The notes beneath the pieces are model-generated. The model did no database searches. It saw nothing but the letters and a program-made list of their open reading frames with translations, and was not told where the DNA came from. A program made the position numbers and the translations under genes. Source: an uncultured Gammaproteobacteria bacterium (lineage in GTDB: Bacteria > Pseudomonadota > Gammaproteobacteria > Eutrophobiales > Eutrophobiaceae). From it: 64,000 nucleotides of DNA. The stretch spans positions 900,069 through 964,068 of the forward strand of contig CALSRS010000001.1 in the NCBI GenBank assembly GCA_943788815.1, given 5' to 3'. This document shows, piece after piece, positions 59,102-64,000 of this stretch; positions within the stretch are counted from its first letter, which is position 1, and each line of letters starts with the position of its first letter.

Positions 59102-59602
59102 TCAGGTAAGTGGCCACGTTTTAAGTACACTGTATTTAGCCCCCTGTGGCAGGGTTTTTGATTCCACCAGGCTGAATTTTGACACCTGCATGGCAAAGTC
59201 CTGAGATTCCAGGTGAATTTGGGTCTTAATTTTGCGCGCCAAGGTCATATGAGGCCGGTAAGGACGATCCTCAACAGCGATATTATTCATGACCGCCAGC
59301 TCTGATAGATTATTCACCAGAGTGATTAACTCCCCTGGAATGTTGTCGGGGGCTAGCCAGAACACCCCAGAGCGCTTGAAAGACCCGAATCGAGATAGTT
59401 TAAGGCGGAATTTTGGACATTGGATGGTGTCTGTACCACTAAGTATGGCCATAGCCAGCTCATCTTGAATATCACCTAAAAATAACAGTGTGAGATGCAG
59501 GTTTTCCGGTGGAATAACTTTACCTACATTTAGATTGCGTGAAATTGATGCTAATTTTTCACGGGTGTGGTCATCAGGCCAGATTGCATAAAAAAGCCTC
59601 AA
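59102..59602 (-). CDS. thpR: RNA 2',3'-cyclic phosphodiesterase (2H phosphoesterase)
   Basis: MRLFYA, two HxT motifs (NLHLTLLFLG, RPHMTLAR). Confidence 0.9.
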   Translation of the reverse strand: MRLFYAIWPDDHTREKLASISRNLNVGKVIPPENLHLTLLFLGDIQDELAMAILSGTDTIQCPKFRLKLSRFGSFKRSGVFWLAPDNIPGELITLVNNLSELAVMNNIAVEDRPYRPHMTLARKIKTQIHLESQDFAMQVSKFSLVESKTLPQGAKYSVLKTWPLT

Positions 59603-59656
59603 TTTACTGATTCCCTGGATAATAAAATTTTAATACGCTTTTTCAGAGCTGCCTGA

Positions 59657-60166
59657 CTATGTATTTTGACGATCTTCCATCTTCTCCATCAGTTCGAACA
59701 CACCCTGAATTGCCATCATAATAGCCTGCTCCCTGATTGCTATTCTATCACCCGTGAAATTCATCATGGCATTTAAAACAGTATGGTTGAGTGCCGTCCA
59801 TGCAAAGCATACCGTCCCTACAGGCTTATCCATCGTTCCTCCGTCGGGTCCGGCGATACCCGTGACTGACAAACTGACCTGTGCATGGCTATTATTCAAT
59901 GCGCCTAGTGCCATTTCATTCGCCGTTTCAATACTTACCGCACCATATAACTCTAATGTCGAGGCAGATACATTTAACAGTTCCATTTTCGATTCATTGG
60001 AGTAAGTCACCATTCCCCGATCAAACCAGGCTGAACTGCCCGGCAAACTTGTCATTGCCTTTGCGACCCCACCACCTGTGCAGGATTCTGCGACGACTAT
60101 TTTCCATTTTTTGTCGATTAATATTTCAGACAGCTTATGAAGGATATAATCAGTTGAATCTTTCAT
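59657..60166 (-). CDS. pncC: NMN amidohydrolase, CinA C-terminal family
   Basis: AESCTGG, PGSSAWF, VTYSNESK, GAVS, SVTGIAGPDGG, KPVGTVCF. Confidence 0.92.
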   Translation of the reverse strand: MKDSTDYILHKLSEILIDKKWKIVVAESCTGGGVAKAMTSLPGSSAWFDRGMVTYSNESKMELLNVSASTLELYGAVSIETANEMALGALNNSHAQVSLSVTGIAGPDGGTMDKPVGTVCFAWTALNHTVLNAMMNFTGDRIAIREQAIMMAIQGVFELMEKMEDRQNT

Positions 60167-60168
60167 AA

Positions 60169-60627
60169 CTACCGCCTTGCTTTGAAAAATCGTTTTAGTA
60201 ATTCGGCGCAGTCGTGATCCATCACGCCACCAATAATAGTTGCATGATGATTTAGTTTAGGATTAGAGAACAAATCCACAACACTGCCAGCGCTGCCTGC
60301 CTTGAGATCATATGCCCCAAATACAACCCGAAGAATTCTTGAATGAAAAATTGCACCTGCACACATAACACATGGCTCTAGAGTGCAGTATAAAGTGGCA
60401 TCAATCAGACGATAATTTTTAAGTTTAGATGTTGCAGATCGTATTGCCCGTATTTCTGCATGAGCGGTTGTATCAATTGATGCAATTGGCTGGTTCCATC
60501 CTTCAGAGACTAGTTCATTATTAATGACAATCAGGGCACCAACCGGAACCTCGCCATCTTCCTCAGCTCGCTTTGCAAGATTAATTGCCTGACGCATCCA
60601 GAACTCATCATCTTTCATCGGACACAA
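60169..60627 (-). CDS. tadA: tRNA adenosine(34) deaminase
   Basis: GEVPVGA, TAHAEI, TLEPCVMCAGA, FFKARR C-terminus. Confidence 0.95.
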   Translation of the reverse strand: MCPMKDDEFWMRQAINLAKRAEEDGEVPVGALIVINNELVSEGWNQPIASIDTTAHAEIRAIRSATSKLKNYRLIDATLYCTLEPCVMCAGAIFHSRILRVVFGAYDLKAGSAGSVVDLFSNPKLNHHATIIGGVMDHDCAELLKRFFKARR

Positions 60628-60654
60628 GTGATAGGCGTGAATCTAAGCAGTTTG

Positions 60655-61647
60655 TTATTTCTTGTCAGTCAACTGAGAGGAGATATCTGACAACAAATTT
60701 TCATTCGCATTTTCTGCTGCGGCTTTAGCCGCCATAGCACGTTCTTTTATGCGTTTCATATGTTCTAGCGTTGTCGTTGAATTTGCATATTCTCTTTCTG
60801 CCTCATCAAGCTCTTCCTTAAACCCTGCAAGATCTGCTTGTAGCTTCTTGCGCAGTTCCTCTTCTTCTGCTTTTTTCTTTAGCAGGTCTTCTTCGTTGAC
60901 CTTTTGAGCGACAACAACTTTTTCTTCTTCTTTTTCTGCCTTCGCAGCTGATTCTGCGGCCAAGGCCAGTTTTTGCTGGGCAGACTTAATCTTTGTTTGC
61001 ATCTGGTCCTTTATCGCCTCACTGACAGTAACGTCTTCCTGGGCCTGTTTGACCTTTAATGCAGTAACCTCAGCTAATGCCGCTCTTTTCATTGCCTCAG
61101 CTTCTGCCTTGGCTTTGTGAATTTCCTGCATAGCGATTTGTATTTTTTTCTGTTCTTCTTCGAGCTTCATGCGCTCTTCCTTGATGCGTTGCTCTTGCTC
61201 ATCTCTGGACTGATCCTGCTTCGCCTGCATTTCCTTGACCATCAATTCCGCCTCTTCCTTGGCGGCGGTCCGGGCTGCTTCTGCAATTGCCTTTTCTTTA
61301 CGGGCTGTCTCAATTTCAATATTATTCCTGGCAACCTCCTCAGCCAGTTTTCGGCGTTCTATCTCGAGCATTTTTCTGGCTTCCAATTCGATTTTTTTCC
61401 GCATCTCCTCCTGGGCTTGTTGCTGTTTGATCGCAGCCTCTTCCATTGCCTGTTTTGCTGCTTCCATTTCCATCTTTAACTTCTGCGTATCCTGCTTGTT
61501 TTTCCTGGACTCCTCGGCTTCTTTTTCCAGACGCTCTCTGTCGACTTTCAGTTTTGCCTCTGTATCCGCCTTGAGTTGTTCAAGCTTTTCCATTTCTTCA
61601 GCATTTTTTGCGTAAACGTCCTCAATCTTTTTCCTTTCTTCTTGCAT
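60655..61647 (-). CDS. Coiled-coil segment; probably the C-terminal part of the cNMP/rhodanese gene beyond an in-frame TAG
   Basis: E/K/A/Q-rich heptads, same frame as 61651..63156, separated only by TAG CAA. Confidence 0.6.
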   Translation of the reverse strand: MQEERKKIEDVYAKNAEEMEKLEQLKADTEAKLKVDRERLEKEAEESRKNKQDTQKLKMEMEAAKQAMEEAAIKQQQAQEEMRKKIELEARKMLEIERRKLAEEVARNNIEIETARKEKAIAEAARTAAKEEAELMVKEMQAKQDQSRDEQEQRIKEERMKLEEEQKKIQIAMQEIHKAKAEAEAMKRAALAEVTALKVKQAQEDVTVSEAIKDQMQTKIKSAQQKLALAAESAAKAEKEEEKVVVAQKVNEEDLLKKKAEEEELRKKLQADLAGFKEELDEAEREYANSTTTLEHMKRIKERAMAAKAAAENANENLLSDISSQLTDKK

Positions 61648-61650
61648 TTG

Positions 61651-63156
61651 CTAATCGGCTTGTTGCTGAACTATCTTGAGCCTCTCTTCCTCCTGCTGAC
61701 GCATCTTCTGGACTTCCGCTTCAACCTTTACCCTCTCAGCCTTTAAGCGTTCTTTTTCTTCTTCAAGCTTTTTAGCGGTTTCCTGATTACTAATGACCGT
61801 TTGATCAGATTTTTTTGCACGTTCTATCTCCATGCGGGTCCGTGTCAGCTCCGTGTCTATCATCGTAGCCATAATCTCGGGATCCATCTCTTCATCTTCA
61901 ACACCTGAATCTTGAGTAGGCACGGGAGCCTTCACATCATGTTTAGCAGGTTCTGCCGATGATGTTGCGGCTTTTTCTCTAGAAGCTGGTTTTTGAGTAT
62001 CGGATTTGGCTGGTGGTGGTGGTTTAGGTATCTGGGTTACTTCATCATCAGGCGCAAGTTCCGGGTGATTTACCAGACCACCGTCCAGATAAAATGCGTT
62101 TATCCCTCTGTCAGTTAATAAAAATGCACCTGCCGAACTACGTCCTCCGGTATCACAGTACACTACATAATGTAGACTGGGGTCCAGCTTGTCTGCCTGC
62201 ATACGCAAGATATTCAGTGGGACATGAATTGAGCCATCTATGTGCGATCTCTCATGCTCATTTTTAAACCTTACATCAAGCCACTTACCGCCCTGGCTTA
62301 TTATCTCCTCAGCCTTTTCATTTGAAACAGCCTTGAGTGTCGAGCTCTGAATTAGGGAAACAAAGTTATCCTTGCTTAACTGGGCAACAAGACCATCTGT
62401 TTTCATTCTGATTGTGGCATTACGGACAGTTTCGGTAATCAAGGCCTCTTCACCGAATCCATCTCCCGCAGATAATTGTGCGAGTTTTAATTCCTTGGCA
62501 CCGGGTTTAGTCTGGCGCAATACATCGCATTTTCCTTCCTGGATTATATAATAATGCTCACCCGTCTCTCCCTGGGTAATAATATTGTCACCTTTTTTGT
62601 ATTCTATGGGTTCCAACAACACAAACAACTTATGCATATTTGCTGACGGCATGCTTGCAAAAATTTCTGACTGCAACATCCGAGTCATCCAGTCCACGCT
62701 TTCATTTTCATCACCATCTATAATATCAACTTCAAGGGTGGAGGTGTTGTCTCCAAGACCATCACCGAACGCATCAGCTGACTCCCCTTGCCCCTGATGC
62801 ACAACCAGTAATTTATCCAGGCTGTTCCGATCAATTCGCATGACGATAGAGTTCACTTTTGCAACACCTGTAAACTGCCGTGGTTGAAGCTGAGCCATGG
62901 GATACTTAGATCTATCAGTTGATGCCTTGATTGAACTGCTGACCTGAGCGTTTGCGACCAGATCGATTTCACCTTCTATGAGGTAAAAAGAGTAACCGTC
63001 CCTGTCTCCTTGATTAAATATCTGATCTTTCTTATTAAGTTCGATAAGGTCAGCATTTTTGATGATCTCATTTTGGACCTCGGCAGGTAATTCATTGACC
63101 GGGATCAACTGACGGATAGTCTCAGCGTATGCTTGTTTTTCTTCAGGTATGGCCAT
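61651..63156 (-). CDS. Cyclic-nucleotide-binding domain (x2) + rhodanese-like + coiled-coil protein (N-terminal part)
   Basis: IFNQGD..YSFYLIEGEI; IITQGETGEHYYIIQEG...GDGFGEEAL...RNATIR; WLDVR...HIDGS...VYCDTGGRSS; Pro-rich linker, then coiled coil. Confidence 0.82.
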   Translation of the reverse strand: MAIPEEKQAYAETIRQLIPVNELPAEVQNEIIKNADLIELNKKDQIFNQGDRDGYSFYLIEGEIDLVANAQVSSSIKASTDRSKYPMAQLQPRQFTGVAKVNSIVMRIDRNSLDKLLVVHQGQGESADAFGDGLGDNTSTLEVDIIDGDENESVDWMTRMLQSEIFASMPSANMHKLFVLLEPIEYKKGDNIITQGETGEHYYIIQEGKCDVLRQTKPGAKELKLAQLSAGDGFGEEALITETVRNATIRMKTDGLVAQLSKDNFVSLIQSSTLKAVSNEKAEEIISQGGKWLDVRFKNEHERSHIDGSIHVPLNILRMQADKLDPSLHYVVYCDTGGRSSAGAFLLTDRGINAFYLDGGLVNHPELAPDDEVTQIPKPPPPAKSDTQKPASREKAATSSAEPAKHDVKAPVPTQDSGVEDEEMDPEIMATMIDTELTRTRMEIERAKKSDQTVISNQETAKKLEEEKERLKAERVKVEAEVQKMRQQEEERLKIVQQQAD

Positions 63157-63305
63157 AAATTTACAACTTATTAGTTAAAATGAAAATTCCATTTTTCCCC
63201 CTGCATTTATTATATATAGGGCTATTTAATTATTCTTATTAAGATCAAAAATGCTACAGTATTCAAAACCGTTGGGAAACCGGTTTTCTAGTAGTATTTA
63301 ATTTT

Positions 63306-63983
63306 ATGCTTGATGAACTCCCAAAAATCGACGCGTTAATGAACCTTCCCGTATTAATATCCGGGTGCATCGGAATCATATTCGGCTGCCTCGCTATATA
63401 TTATTTGTACAAGAAGAAAATTGTAAGATGCTGTATTCAAAGCGTTTTTGCCTTGAGTTTTCTAGGCTTAAGCGTTGTGGTTATGATGCTTGCGGTAAAT
63501 CTTCATACTTATCAAAGACTTACAAAAGAAGAAGCAATTGCCACTATTCAGTTCTGGCAATCGGGACCTCAACAGTACCTTGCGGTCCTGTCATCTGAAT
63601 CTCAAGAACACGAACAAAGCTTTGTTCTTTATGGTGACGAATGGCAAATAGATGCCAGGATAGTTAAATGGACTCCACCCGCGACCCTCGCTGGACTGGA
63701 TTCCAGATATCGTCTTGAAAGATTAAGTGGTCGATACCGGGATATTAATCAGGAAAAATTTGATCAGCGTAGTGTATTTGATCTGACTGATGAACCGGGA
63801 ATCGCGTTTTGGCCTTTATTAATAAAATTACAAGCTTATCTTGACTGGATTGATACTTACTATGGCAACAGTGTGTATCTCCCCATGGCGGACGAAGCAG
63901 TGTTTCAAATTGTCCTGACCCAGTCAGGAATTATAACCAGGCCACAGAATACGCAAGCAATACTTGCTATCACAAACTGGTAA
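63306..63983 (+). CDS. Conserved hypothetical membrane protein (two N-terminal TM helices)
   Basis: 225 aa, divergent from the cNMP gene. Hydrophobic N-terminus, then TYQRLT.E, GDEWQIDARIVKW, YRLERLSGRY, YGNSVYLPMAD. Confidence 0.75.
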   Translation: MLDELPKIDALMNLPVLISGCIGIIFGCLAIYYLYKKKIVRCCIQSVFALSFLGLSVVVMMLAVNLHTYQRLTKEEAIATIQFWQSGPQQYLAVLSSESQEHEQSFVLYGDEWQIDARIVKWTPPATLAGLDSRYRLERLSGRYRDINQEKFDQRSVFDLTDEPGIAFWPLLIKLQAYLDWIDTYYGNSVYLPMADEAVFQIVLTQSGIITRPQNTQAILAITNW

Positions 63984-64000
63984 AGCCTATGTATCAGCAA

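Overview
Gammaproteobacterial-type chromosomal window in two parts. The left ~51 kb (minus strand) is an apparent operon: TolC -> one 46.2-kb gene for a 15,403-aa exoprotein -> small DUF3467-like protein -> GAF/HlyD-type periplasmic adaptor -> PqqD/RRE-like + M50 intramembrane metalloprotease (runs off the left edge). The exoprotein has an N-terminal LEPRxLL leader, a DUF4347 domain with a His/Cys pair, a metzincin motif, RTX/GDxG Ca-binding repeats, a 726-bp near-perfect tandem array and many apparently nested domain insertions. No ABC transporter is present in the window, so this looks like a non-canonical, possibly leader-peptide-directed TolC export system, the main candidate for an undescribed system. 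An IS3-family element and a tRNA-Ser(GCT) flanked by two rtT/TRIP-like interrupted tRNA fragments separate it from core genes: csrA, aspartate kinase, alaS, recX, recA, thpR, pncC, tadA, a cNMP/rhodanese/coiled-coil gene split by one in-frame TAG, and a membrane protein. Family assignments are motif recognition by eye; no searches were run.
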